From: Nitrospinales bacterium
GTDB lineage: Bacteria > Nitrospinota > Nitrospinia > Nitrospinales > VA-1
NCBI GenBank assembly: GCA_965262115.1
Contig: OZ253496.1
Span: 128,001 to 192,000, forward strand
Length of the DNA: 64,000 bases
Direction: 5' to 3'
Of the stretch, positions 30,028 through 41,097 are shown one piece after another. The position numbers and the translations under genes are program-made. How positions within the stretch are numbered: the first letter of the stretch is position 1; every line of letters starts with the position of its first letter. The notes beneath the pieces were generated by a model. That model searched no databases and had not been told where the DNA came from. It saw nothing but the letters and a program-made list of their open reading frames with translations.

Positions 30028-33000
30028 TTAAAACCGGATGTCGCCTTTCAGCATGATGGCGTGATCAGCGGTGCTGCTGTTACTCTCTCTGCGCTCACCG
30101 GTCAGGTTCAGGTCAAACAACGCATCAATTTCCCATCTCATCCCCAGGCGGTAACTCCGGGAAGAGCCGCCCAAGGTCATCTCACTCCAGGGAGTCAGCA
30201 GTCCTCGTCTGCCGGGAGCGGTCAGCCCGTAACCAAGACGCACGTCCATCCGCGCGCCGTAATCCCGGCTGGTCTCGTCGCGCAGTCTCTGCTGCCATAG
30301 TTTTTGCGTGCCACTGTCTGCACTGCCGTAGCCGGGACTCAGGCTGAACGACAGTCCCCGCCCGTTTCTGCTCTGCTCCAGGAGAATCAGGCCGGAAACG
30401 CCCCATTCCTCATAATTGTCCCGTCCCACCAGAGTCCGCGCCCTGCCTTCCAGAGTCAGGCCGACGATCGGATCGGTGTAGCGGAAACCGGCACCCAGCT
30501 CGGCCCCGAAACCGGTCTCGCCGTCGCCGCCGTCATACCGTACTCCGACCTCCAGGCTCGGCTCCACATAAGCCCCGTCAGACAACATGTGCTTATGGGC
30601 CCCTTCCCAGGCCATCCGAAACAGGCTGGCCTCCACATCCAGTGCTTCTATACCATCGTTGCCCTCCACTTCCAGCTCGGTCAGCAGGGCTGAACCCTTG
30701 AGCCGGAACGTGGTCGATCCCACCCGCGGCAGCTGATAATCACCGCCCGCGCTCACAGTCCGCGTCTCGACATCGCTCGCTACCCGGCCCTGACCGTCAT
30801 CGGTGATCTCAAGATCACCCCAGCCGTAGCCGACAGTGGCCCACAGGTCCAGTTGTCCGGCCAGAGCCTCCCAGTTCACATAAGGGTGGACGCTGGTGAG
30901 GTCCAGCTTGTGACCGCCGCTCAGGTCGAGGCCTCCTCTGTAGTCAAGATCACTCTGGCTCCAGGACACTGCCAGACCGACCAGCAGGTCGTCACGCGGC
31001 TGGGCGTCCAGTCCCATATGGGCACTGAACAGGTCGCCGTCGAAGTCCACGCTCCCGCCGGAACCGTTGAAGTTTCTATAGCCGCCCCCGCCCCATAAAG
31101 TCAGGGAGGACAGGACTCCGCCGCCCATGCCGTCCACATTATTCAGCGGCAACACGAAATCAGAGTTGCCCAGCACATCCTTAAGACTCAGCGTACCATC
31201 GGCGATGGCCTGCCCGTGGGCAGATGCCGCCCCGGCCAATGTGGACTGCCCGGCGATAGTGACCGACCGGGTGCTACCGCCGCTCCTGGGGAGAACCCGA
31301 CAACGTCACCGTGAAGGTGGCGTCAGCGCCTTCGGCCACGCTGCTGTCCGGCCCTGAGATCGACACCGTCGCCGCGTTATTGACATTGGTCACGGTGAGA
31401 TCAAAGGCCGGCAAGGCCACCGGCGCGGCGATGTTGTCCGTGACGCTGATCACAATCCACGTGGTGGTGATGCCGGCATCATCGTTGCCCGGTGTGCCGG
31501 TCAGGGCACCCGTGGTATCGTCAAACCTGGCCCAGGAGGGCATTCTGTTGATCGAATAGGTCAGGGTGTCGCCGTCAATATCCTCGCCCGTGGGCATGAA
31601 GCTGTAGGCCTCACCCTGAGCCACCGTGACTGCCGGCGTGCCCGTGATCGTCGGCGCGTCATTCTGGGCGGTGATGGTGAGGGTTGCCTGGGCGTATCCT
31701 CTGCTGTGGTGATCGCCGCACCGTCTGTGGTCGGCGCCTGGTTGGGGGCCAAAACCGTGATGGTGAAACTCAGGGTATCCGTGCGGCCACCTCTATCCGT
31801 GACGGTGTAGATCATATCAGACACGTCGACCACGGTCGGCGTACCAGACAAGGTACGGGTGCCTGGCTCAAAACTCAGCCCGTCCGGCACCGGGGCCAGC
31901 GCGTAAGTTTGGCCCCGGCCGAGTGCGGCGGGCAACACCAGATCGTCTATCGTCATGCCTACGGTATAGGTCTGGTTAGCCACTATCTCCTGGAATAACG
32001 GTCTGATGCGTATGCTGACGGTGTCTGGGGCGGAACTCAGCATCTGTTCGTCAGTGACGGTCAGGCTGAAGGTCAACTCGGACAAGGACGTATCTGCCGG
32101 CACGGTGAAGGTCGGTCTGACACCAGTCAGGCTGATGGCCTCCTCGCCCGCTGGAATCCTGCCGGTCTGCATCCACAGATAGGTGAGATTCTCGGCCTCG
32201 CCATCGGGATCAGAACTGCCGTTGCCGTCCAAGGTAACTTCAGCCCCCCTGGCTACACTCTGATTTGGTCCGGCATTGGCAATGGGGGGCTCCGCCGAAC
32301 TGACGCTGATGGTGAAACTCCGGGTATCCGTGTTGCCACCCAGATCAGTCACCGTCAGTGTCAGGGTGATCTCACCCGAGGTCAAGGGCGCAGTCCAGAT
32401 GGTGCTGGCCGCGCTCGCATCGGCAAACTGACCCACATCGGGCATTGCACTCCAGGCATAGAGCTCAACACATCGCGTGGGTCAGGATCGCTGCTACCAG
32501 AGCCATCCAGCGTAACGCTGCCACCGGCGTTGCGCGACTTGATCCGGTAGGTGTAGGCCAGCCCCGGCGCGGCGGTGTCATCGGTGTAGCTCAACAGTGT
32601 CAGGTTGTCGGAGTGGAGGGGTTGAAAATCCTCCGCCTCACCCAGACTACGAGACACCCGGTAACCGGTAAAGGTAAAACCTGTGGTTTCCGGGCTTGCC
32701 CAGGTCAGGACAACGACACCATTCTGCTCGACGGCAGTCAGATTTTGTACCGCACTCGGTGGCGTAACGGGAAACCCGCCCACAATAGCAGTAACCGCGT
32801 CGGACCACGCTCCTCTCAGCTCACCGTTGAGCGCCCGTACCCGGTAGGTGTACATCCCACTTCCCACAGCATCAGAGAGGATCTCGCCAAAACGGGCAGA
32901 GATGGCGCTGTGAATCCCGCTACCAAAAGTACCGCCGTCAGAAGCACTGCCGGCGCGGCGCTGGATCTCGTAGCCGGTGATAGTCCCTGTCGGTCTCTCC

Positions 33001-34035
33001 CAGCGTAGTTCGACAACACGATCCGTTTGTCTGCTGGCCTGCACACCGGTCACCTGGGGCGGGGGTATCAGGATCAGGGTCGACGGTGATGCTGACCTCT
33101 GCGGTATCCGTGCCGCTAGTATTGTGCGCGGTAATGGTGTAGACGACCGCTATAGCCGCAGCAGTGGGCGTACCGGAGATGGCACCAGTGTCAGTGTCGA
33201 ATATCAGGCCATTGCCAATGGCCGGACTGATGCTGTAACGCGCTACCGTACCGCACGCACTTGAATCTATGGTTACCGCCGTGATTCTGTCGCCTGCTAC
33301 TGCGGTAAACATGCTGGTGCTGGCCATGATGACCGGAGTAGCTAAAAGGGTGACACCCGGATCCAATTTGGGGTTTGTGGAGGCGGGTAGATCGGAAAAT
33401 ATTTCAGCAGGCAGGATAGTGAACGGGTTCCTACGCAAATCCAGGGTTGTCAACGCAGACAGGCCGGAAAACACCTCCTCTGGCAGGGTGGTAAATTGGT
33501 TGCTACGCAAATCCAGATCTGTCAACGTGGATAGGCCGGAAAACACCTCCTCTGGCAGGGTCTCTAGTCGGCTGTCGTCAAAGCGCAGGGTTGTCAACGC
33601 AGACAGGCCATCAAAGTCGCCTGCTTTCAGGCTGGTAATCGACTGGCCATTTAAGTTTAAGCTCATAATGGCCGCCAGATGTGCGGCAGTGATGTCGGCG
33701 CAGTCGCCTATGTCGTCTGTGGCGGCGACAATGGCATCGTGAACCTGTGCAGTGCGCGTGCATATTCCAGTCGTTACATCGTTATGGTCAGCATCAGCCG
33801 ACTGCACAATAAACAGCAGGGCGAGGAGCGTTGCGGCAAAAACCCGGATCAGGGACAGACATGAAGCCAGGAAACAACGAGGGACTTTCTTCGGCGGCAC
33901 GGGGTTTCTCACCATACCGTTGCGGCCAACCCCCCCCCCCCCCCCCCCAACGGGGCAAAGCGGGACGTGGGTCGCGCTGAGACCCTCACAGCATGGCTTC
34001 TTGTCTAATGCGATATGATAATCTGGTGTTAGCAT
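30028..34035 (-). pseudogene. Large multi-domain autotransporter/adhesin (LRR, He_PIG/Ig-like, FN3, PKD/cadherin-like, beta-barrel), broken by at least four frameshifts
   Basis: Consecutive minus-strand ORFs 32938-34035 (LPEEVFSGL LRRs, TGAISGTP), 32382-33053 (FN3), 31561-32445 (ANAGPNQ...GSSDPDG), 31274-31624 and 30028-31239 (barrel ending KGDIRF). Visibly GC-richer than the flanks. Confidence 0.85.
33930..33948 (-). repeat. Homopolymer tract, G19 on the coding strand
   Basis: 19 consecutive C on the + strand at the 5' end of the adhesin gene. Confidence 0.9.
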
Positions 34036-34100
34036 AATAATTATCCTTAAAAAAAATAAAGTAGCGCACTGGGGGGTTTATCAGCCGCTTACAACTCAAG

Positions 34101-35663
34101 TCATATTTCGCACAACTCCATCAATGTGGCGGTCCCCGGCAGGTAGGAAGCCATGTCTCCTTTGGCTTTTCCTTTTAAAAACCCTTGAAGGAACTCCAGA
34201 GAAGCCCCTCCGCCAGTGGAGACAAAGAAATTGCTGGAAAAATAATTCCACAGTTGATAAGAATCATTTTCAAGGAAGTCGATGGATATCTGGTTTCGAT
34301 TGATGGTCGAGGGAAAATGTTTTTCAATCTGGACCTTGATCATTTTTTTCAATTCGGTGATTCCTATTTTGTTCAAGATCGCGGCGGAATCTCCCCCGCC
34401 AATAACTACGGACAATTTGGGGTTGCTCAGGGACATCTGAAAAAGCAATTTGGCTAATTCCAGAGAACCTTCCGCGTAATAGCTGCATGCAGGATGATCG
34501 TAGGCTCCCAGAGGCCCGTTCCAGAAAACATTTTTAATATCTTTAAAAAGGTTTTCAAACTGGCTGATGGTTTTTTCGCCTAAATCGAGCTGGAGCTCTT
34601 TGGAAAAGTCGGGGGTTGTTTTATTTTCAAAAATAGTGCTCTGATAATCCGTGACGACTTTGTAATCTTCAGGGAGGAGCAGATTGACCTTGTTGATTTC
34701 AGCAAGTTCAATGATTTCTTCGGCCAGGCTGATTTCTTTCAGGAGCTCTTCGTTTTCGGTTTCCTTTTGGCTTAGCAGTTTTGAGGGCAATGTGTCTTTC
34801 TGAAAAGGTTGCAGCAATTCCTTTTGCTGTTGCACCAGGAGGAAAGCATTGGCCATTTTCCCCCCGATTAAAATACTTTTGATTCCGGTAGCGACAAATT
34901 GTTTTAAAATCTCAATTTTGTCAGATATTTTTGCCCCGCCTGCTACAATCAGCGTTTTTTTAGGCTGGGACAGTATTCTGTCGGCGAATTTTCCAATACG
35001 ATTGATCTCTTCATAGAGAAGAACGCCGGCAACTACCAGTTTCCCCTTTTGTCGCATCAGCTGAGGCAAAAGTTTAATGCTTTTTGTAACGCGATGACTG
35101 CAGCCGAACGCGCAATTCACATAGACATCAGCAATATCTGCCAATTTGGTGATGGTTTCGGTGCGGTATAAATCTGTATTTGTTGGATCCAAAAGATAAC
35201 GCAAATTGGGAAGAAACTTGATTCCTCCCGGTGGAAGACGCTTATGTGCAACGATTTCCAGAGAATGTTGCATGTGGGCATCAATTGTTTCAGGGGGAAA
35301 GATGGTGTAGGTGTCCCCATAAATTCTTCGGATCAAAGTATCGAAGTGAGAGGAAACAAACTGGATATTGAAGATGCCATCCCAGCCGGAATGATCTTTC
35401 GTTTTATGAGGCCGACCAAGGTGTGAACCGATGATGATTCGACAGTCTCCTTCTGTCAACTCGTGGATTTTTCTGAATGTGAGGTCCAGAAAACGCCGGA
35501 TTCGGGTATCGTCCGCAACCCGATATAGTCCTTTTGCGGTGGACCGCAGGGGAACGTTAAAATCGCACCGGATAAAAATGGTCTTGCCTCTTAAATCAGC
35601 AGGTTTCAACTTGCCTAGCTGGGTCATTCCTATCGAATTATTGGAGCCTGAGCCGACCATCAT
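34101..35663 (-). CDS. pgk: Phosphoglycerate kinase (long, divergent)
   Basis: RCDFNVPL, SHLGRP, GGAKISDKI, FWNGPLG, GGGDS, VSTGGGASLE; 520 aa. Confidence 0.92.
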   Translation of the reverse strand: MMVGSGSNNSIGMTQLGKLKPADLRGKTIFIRCDFNVPLRSTAKGLYRVADDTRIRRFLDLTFRKIHELTEGDCRIIIGSHLGRPHKTKDHSGWDGIFNIQFVSSHFDTLIRRIYGDTYTIFPPETIDAHMQHSLEIVAHKRLPPGGIKFLPNLRYLLDPTNTDLYRTETITKLADIADVYVNCAFGCSHRVTKSIKLLPQLMRQKGKLVVAGVLLYEEINRIGKFADRILSQPKKTLIVAGGAKISDKIEILKQFVATGIKSILIGGKMANAFLLVQQQKELLQPFQKDTLPSKLLSQKETENEELLKEISLAEEIIELAEINKVNLLLPEDYKVVTDYQSTIFENKTTPDFSKELQLDLGEKTISQFENLFKDIKNVFWNGPLGAYDHPACSYYAEGSLELAKLLFQMSLSNPKLSVVIGGGDSAAILNKIGITELKKMIKVQIEKHFPSTINRNQISIDFLENDSYQLWNYFSSNFFVSTGGGASLEFLQGFLKGKAKGDMASYLPGTATLMELCEI

Positions 35664-35981
35664 GGTGTTCTATTAGTGAAGCATGGAAGGTTGAAAATCG
35701 GTTGTTTTTGGCAGCAAATGCATCAATTCTGCCATATAATTTTTGGGTCACGACCCCTTCCTTTCAATTTAATAAGAATATTTTCATTCTCTCGGGTAAA
35801 AATGATATAGTGTAGGCCTAGAGGCTTGATTTTAAAATAATAATTTTTGCCGGAATCAACCGGCTTTAGCCATGAGCGAGTTTCTATTGTTCCCCTTTTT
35901 AGAGAAATTTATACCAACAAAAGATTTATGGTTTTTATCGAAATTTAAAAAGAGCCTGGATAACATTTTTATAGACTTTCT

Positions 35982-36138
35982 GACAGGAACAACCAACCCT
36001 AAAACACAGATTTCTTCGTTACTCTACCGAGACCGACAGCCTGTGATCCCGACCGAAAAATTGTAAAGGTTAATTTTCCGTATAGCAACCTTTTAAATGC
36101 TTGCCCGGTCTTAAAACCTGCCGTTGGTTGTACCTGCC
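35982..36138 (+). promoter_or_regulatory. Structured 5' leader of rne (candidate cis-regulatory RNA)
   Basis: Nested complementary segments 35982-97/36123-38, 36029-35/36106-12 and 36064-71/36087-95. Confidence 0.55.
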
Positions 36139-36162
36139 AAACAAAGTCAGAAAGAATTTATA

Positions 36163-38094
36163 ATGAGAAAAACTAAAACTGCAAAAAAAGTAATGCTGAT
36201 CAATGCCCAGCATCCTGAAGAATGCCGGGCTGTTGTTTTGGACAATAATATCATTGATGACTACATCGTCGAGCATTCCTCCCGGGAGCAAATTAAAGGG
36301 AATATTTATTCAGGAGTGATCAACCGGGTCGAGCCTTCCATTGAAGCGGCTTTTGTCGATTTTGGTGGCAAGAAATACGGTTTTCTGCCCTTCAAGGATG
36401 TCTTGAAAGAATCCTATGTGCATACTGGCGAAAAAAAGGCAAAAATTAGGATTCAGGATGTTATAATCCGTGGTCAGCGCATTGTGGTTCAGGTTGCGAA
36501 AGAGAGCAGGGATGCCAAAGGTCCCTCACTGACCAATGCGATAAGTTTGGCTGGCAGGTTTTTGGTTTTGATGCAGGGACAGGGGAGTGCGGTATCTCGC
36601 AAAATTGAGGATGAAAGCGAAAGGAAAAAACTCAAGGATATCGTTGCCGGTTTGGAATTGCCGGAGTACCTGGGAGTGATCATTCGTACTGCCGGTGTAG
36701 GACAGACCAAGGTCGAATTGCAGAAAGATTTGCAGATGTTGCTGAAAATCTGGAACAAAGTTGAAGACGCGCCGAAAAATGAATCTGCATCGGGTCCGTT
36801 TTTAATTTATCAGGAGCCGGGTTTGGTGGTCAGGACGGTTCGAGACCATTTCAGCAGTGATACCTCCCAGATCATTGTGGATAACACGGATTCTTATAAA
36901 GCTTTAAAGGATTTTATAAAGCTGGTCATGCCCCGCAACCGAAACCTGGTTAAGCTCTACAAGGAAACGAAGCCTCTTTTCTCTGAGTACAATGTTGAGG
37001 AACAGATTGAATCGATTTACCAGCGCAAGGTTTTATTGCCTTCTGGTGGTTCCATTGTGATCGATATTGGAGAGGCGATGGTTTCTATCGACGTCAACTC
37101 CGGTAAAACCAAAGGCGGCCTGGATCTGGAAGAAACAGCGGTGACGACGAATCTTGAAGCGGCCAAGGAAGTTGCCCGACAACTCAGGTTGAGGGATCTG
37201 GGAGGGCTGATTGTCATTGATTTTATCGATATGTACCAGAAAAAAAACAAGGCCGCTGTTGAAAAACTGATGAAGCAAGAGTGCAAAACGGATAAGGCAA
37301 GAATCAACCTTGCCAGAATTTCCAAGTTTGGTTTACTCGAAATGTCCCGGCAACGGATTTCACCTCCTGTCAAGGAAGGGGTTTTTGCGCAATGCGACCA
37401 TTGTGCGGGGTCGGGGTTGGTGCGTTCAGTGGACTCTATAATCCTGAATGTTCTACGGAAAATTCATGAGATCATTGCAACAGGAAAAGTGAAAGTCCTC
37501 ACTCTGGAAGTATCCCCGGAAATTTCTAATTATATCTTGAATCATAAAGTCGACGTTCTGGCAGATTTGAAAACCAAACATTTGGTTACTTTCCGATTTC
37601 AGATCAAAGATGGTTTGGGTTATAAAGATTTCAAATATACAGTGTCCGAAGTCTGGGAGGCTGAGAGCGTTCAGGATAAAAAATCTACCGAAAAACCTGT
37701 TGAGTCTCCCGAATCCAGCGAAAGGGCTGGACCCGCTGCTCAAGTTGAAGGCGGGCCGGAGGAGTCAGAAAAGAAGGGGGCCGCAGATGCCAAGCCCAAC
37801 ACGAGAAGAAAATATGCTAATCGAAGACCTTCCACTCGGCGGGGGAGGCCTCAGAGGGGAAGACGTCGGCGTCCCTACGCAGGGAAAAAGACCGAGGGAG
37901 CATCGGTTGATAATGCCAGCTCGGAACCGAAGAATGAGGCCGGCTCGGGAAACAATGATTTTTTAAAAAGTGATATTCCCGGCGACATCAAATCGCCAAT
38001 GCCTCCATTGCCGAGACCTTTTGTGAGAGAAAGTCAGGAGGAGCCCCAGGTATCTAATGAACCGGCTTCTCCAACAGATGTGGCAGGGGACTGA
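36163..38094 (+). CDS. rne: Ribonuclease E/G family (RNase E-like, with disordered Arg-rich C-terminus)
   Basis: KGNIY, AAFVDFG, SIDVNSG, LRDLGGLIVIDFIDM, CDHC zinc link. Start moved to ATG 36163. Confidence 0.93.
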   Translation: MRKTKTAKKVMLINAQHPEECRAVVLDNNIIDDYIVEHSSREQIKGNIYSGVINRVEPSIEAAFVDFGGKKYGFLPFKDVLKESYVHTGEKKAKIRIQDVIIRGQRIVVQVAKESRDAKGPSLTNAISLAGRFLVLMQGQGSAVSRKIEDESERKKLKDIVAGLELPEYLGVIIRTAGVGQTKVELQKDLQMLLKIWNKVEDAPKNESASGPFLIYQEPGLVVRTVRDHFSSDTSQIIVDNTDSYKALKDFIKLVMPRNRNLVKLYKETKPLFSEYNVEEQIESIYQRKVLLPSGGSIVIDIGEAMVSIDVNSGKTKGGLDLEETAVTTNLEAAKEVARQLRLRDLGGLIVIDFIDMYQKKNKAAVEKLMKQECKTDKARINLARISKFGLLEMSRQRISPPVKEGVFAQCDHCAGSGLVRSVDSIILNVLRKIHEIIATGKVKVLTLEVSPEISNYILNHKVDVLADLKTKHLVTFRFQIKDGLGYKDFKYTVSEVWEAESVQDKKSTEKPVESPESSERAGPAAQVEGGPEESEKKGAADAKPNTRRKYANRRPSTRRGRPQRGRRRRPYAGKKTEGASVDNASSEPKNEAGSGNNDFLKSDIPGDIKSPMPPLPRPFVRESQEEPQVSNEPASPTDVAGD

Positions 38095-38101
38095 ACCCTT
38101 C

Positions 38102-38833
38102 TCAGGCAGTTTTTGCGCAACGAAAACCGGTGTCCCAGAACCTCATTTCAGGGGGTGAAATATTCCGGTAGGGAAGCATTGTGAACTCTTTCATAAAGCC
38201 GTGCTTGCGTTTATGAATCGAGCCTCCGCGCGTGACCTTGAACTTTTTACCGTAATTTTTATCATGGTGATTGGAGTTGGGGTAGGGTTGGTACCAGCTT
38301 GAAGTCCATTCCGAGACATTGCCGTTCATTCCCCAGATACGATAACTACTGACATCTCCCTTGAGAGAATTTACGGGCAGGACTTGTTTGCCGAAATTAG
38401 CGGTGCCCTTTTCGAAATCGTTGCCCCATACGAAAAGTCGATTGTCGCTACCGCGACCCGCCTTTTCCCATTCGTATTCTGTCGGCAGGCGTTTGTCGAT
38501 CCAATGACAATAGGCTTCGGCCTCATATCCGCTGACACCGCGGACGGGTAAATTCGTTTGCCGGGTTGGATATTTGGCCTGAGGCTTGAACTTCATAAAC
38601 TCTTCATAGGTCACTTCAAATTGATCTATATAAAAGGCTTTTAAAAAATACTGTTGCTCGGGCTGGGCGTTGAGGGAGGCCGTTTTGTCTGACATGAACT
38701 GCAGGAGATTGCTTTGAGGATTAAGCCCCAGAGTGAATTTGCCTTCGGGAATAAGAATCATTGTGGCATGTTTCTCACTCTCGCAAGAAACAAGAAATAT
38801 TAAAGCAAGTAAAATGGAGAATAATTTATTCAA
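38102..38833 (-). CDS. FGE-sulfatase domain lipoprotein
   Basis: Lipobox LVSC, RLPTEYEWEKA, MNGNVSEW, RGGS, GFRCA. Confidence 0.88.
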   Translation of the reverse strand: MNKLFSILLALIFLVSCESEKHATMILIPEGKFTLGLNPQSNLLQFMSDKTASLNAQPEQQYFLKAFYIDQFEVTYEEFMKFKPQAKYPTRQTNLPVRGVSGYEAEAYCHWIDKRLPTEYEWEKAGRGSDNRLFVWGNDFEKGTANFGKQVLPVNSLKGDVSSYRIWGMNGNVSEWTSSWYQPYPNSNHHDKNYGKKFKVTRGGSIHKRKHGFMKEFTMLPYRNISPPEMRFWDTGFRCAKTA

Positions 38834-39542
38834 TTATTTTTTCTGGAGATCGGGCATTCTTTGCAAGACGGGTGTCGGGAAATATTTTAGAACCGGGTTC
38901 AGCTAAAATATATTCAATCGTGAGGCAGGCCGCTTGTTCCCGGGTGCACATCATGGAACGGCATTCCTGATCCTTCTGGCCGCAGTAGTAGTTCAGAATC
39001 CTCATTTTCATAAAGATGCCATTGTTTAATTTTAGTGCGTAAACGTTTCTCTTGGATTCGATGTTGTGGGTTCTTGTGCGGTAATTGTACCAGCCTGCCA
39101 ATTCCTTGTTGATTAAATTGCCTAGTGACCGGTGGTCTTGCACATAGCCAGTTTTAGGAGCGGTTTTAACATCGTCAAAGTTGATGGGGCCGAGGTTGAT
39201 GACTCCGGTTTTCCCCGACGGGTTGGTTTTCCCACCATTGGAGATGATTTTTGTCCGGCTGAACCCTAAGTCCCAACCCACCCGATTCAATTTATTTGTT
39301 TCCGCTTCGGCTTCAGAAATTTTCAGGGTTTTTCCAGAGCTGAACTCCACTAACACCCAAGTGTTTCTTTCTTTGGCATTAACCTTGATAATGGGATTGT
39401 TAGTGCTGATCTTTTTGATCTTTTTCGGAGGAAGTGGAACAGTTTCAAAATCTGCTATATTGTCCTCCATATAATTCAGGGTGGTGTGAAACAAGAGGGT
39501 CGCTCCGAGGAGCATTAAGAATATACGTGGTGTGGGGTTCAT
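38826..39542 (-). CDS. HmuY-family protein
   Basis: WDLGFSRTKIISNGG, GWYNY, KMRILNYY; N-terminal hydrophobic anchor. Confidence 0.7.
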   Translation of the reverse strand: MNPTPRIFLMLLGATLLFHTTLNYMEDNIADFETVPLPPKKIKKISTNNPIIKVNAKERNTWVLVEFSSGKTLKISEAEAETNKLNRVGWDLGFSRTKIISNGGKTNPSGKTGVINLGPINFDDVKTAPKTGYVQDHRSLGNLINKELAGWYNYRTRTHNIESKRNVYALKLNNGIFMKMRILNYYCGQKDQECRSMMCTREQAACLTIEYILAEPGSKIFPDTRLAKNARSPEKIIE

Positions 39543-39674
39543 AGGCCTATTTTAACATAGCCTCTTGCTGGCATTTTCGGTTAAACCTGGAAAACCAAGG
39601 CATATTATCGATTATTAATTGTCTGTCAGAATAATACAGCTATTTATAATAAATACAATAGCTTGTGAAAACCT

Positions 39675-40370
39675 TTGCTTTTACTGTTTTTTCCTTTAAT
39701 GTATAATTGGATTATGGGCATAAAAAGGCAAAAAATGGGTGACGAGAGACATTTTGAATTTAAAAAAGTACAAATCGATAATTTTTTAAAGGTAGAATTA
39801 AAAAAAAAATTCAAAAGTAGCGCTAAAATTTCCCTCCGAAAAAGACAGAAATTTATAGGGGAGGTGACCCGCAAAATTGCCAAGCGGTTTGGCAAAGATG
39901 TGTTGGTGCTGATTGACTTCTCGAAAAATGGTTTTTGTGCTGTAGTTTCCCCAGCCCAAACAGAATCGACCGAAAAGGGAAAGCTGATTAGATCCTTTTC
40001 TCATCCCCATGTATTTTATACCTCGCATTGCGTCGATCGTTTCAGCGAAAGAACGCAATCCCATGAGAATTGTGTTATCACGCTGGATGCATTTTTCAAT
40101 AAGGCGCTATCCACTTATGGGGAAAATGATGGGTTTCTGACTTGTCCTGATGGGGTTTTTGCATATGATTTAATTGAAGAACGCCTGATTGTAAAAACCT
40201 ATATTAATTTAGACCTTTTATCTGACGACCAGATAAAGCAGTTTTATGGTTCTGGCATGATTTCAATGCTTCCCAAGGAATACGCTACAGAGGATGTCTT
40301 TGGCGCGGATTTTATTCTTGGGGATGAACACGATGAGTTTTTAGACAAACCTGGTAATGAGAGCCTTTAG
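39675..40370 (+). CDS. Hypothetical protein
   Basis: Long ORF upstream of ftsE; real start probably 39714 or 39734 region. Confidence 0.65.
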   Translation: MLLLFFPLMYNWIMGIKRQKMGDERHFEFKKVQIDNFLKVELKKKFKSSAKISLRKRQKFIGEVTRKIAKRFGKDVLVLIDFSKNGFCAVVSPAQTESTEKGKLIRSFSHPHVFYTSHCVDRFSERTQSHENCVITLDAFFNKALSTYGENDGFLTCPDGVFAYDLIEERLIVKTYINLDLLSDDQIKQFYGSGMISMLPKEYATEDVFGADFILGDEHDEFLDKPGNESL

Positions 40371-40440
40371 ACCGACACCGCATTTTTTATTTCTTCATAT
40401 TTTTACCACCTGAAATATCCATCTCAATTTTATTCAGAGA

Positions 40441-41097
40441 ATGATCCAGTTATTCAATGTTATTAAAAAATATGGCAGTGGTAGTCCAGCACTGGATGAT
40501 ATCTCTCTCAGAATTGAAAAGGGAGAGTTCGTATTTTTAACGGGTCCGAGTGGAGCTGGAAAAACGACCATTCTGAAAATTCTTTTCGGATGGGAACATT
40601 TTGAGGAGGGTCAGGTTTTGGTGCAGGGAATCAACGTTGGGAAGCTGAATGCGGGAAATATGCATATTCTAAGGCGATCCGTCGGGGTGATTTTTCAAGA
40701 TTATAAGCTTCTGGCCAATAAAACAGCCTTTGAAAATGTTGCGTTTGCCCAAGAAGTCACGAACCGCAATCGAAAAACAATTAAATTTAAAACATGGGAG
40801 GTTCTAAAGAATGTAGGGCTGACTTCCAAAAAGGATTCCTTTCCTCCCCAGCTTTCCGGAGGAGAGCAACAACGCGTGGCCATTGCCCGGGCGATGGTGA
40901 ATGCCCCCAAAATCATTTTAGCCGATGAACCCACCGGTAATCTGGATGAGGAAATTTCTCTTGAGATTTTAAAGCTTTTTGAAGAGCTGAACCGCAATGG
41001 AGCGACCATTGTATTTGCAACGCACAGTCAGGATATTTTGAAATTGGGAAATCATCGAGTTGTTGTTTTCAATCGCGGAAAGGTTATCTCATCGTGA
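40441..41097 (+). CDS. ftsE: Cell division ATP-binding protein FtsE
   Basis: [29 protein letters not shown]; precedes ftsX. Confidence 0.93.
   Translation: MIQLFNVIKKYGSGSPALDDISLRIEKGEFVFLTGPSGAGKTTILKILFGWEHFEEGQVLVQGINVGKLNAGNMHILRRSVGVIFQDYKLLANKTAFENVAFAQEVTNRNRKTIKFKTWEVLKNVGLTSKKDSFPPQLSGGEQQRVAIARAMVNAPKIILADEPTGNLDEEISLEILKLFEELNRNGATIVFATHSQDILKLGNHRVVVFNRGKVISS

Noticed and set aside
35872..36066. 64-aa ORF upstream of rne
   Set aside because: No motif, and it overlaps the predicted structured leader; cannot be supported.
28319..38833. Diversity-generating retroelement targeting the FGE (C-type lectin fold) genes
   Set aside because: No reverse transcriptase and no template/variable repeat pair noticed in the window.
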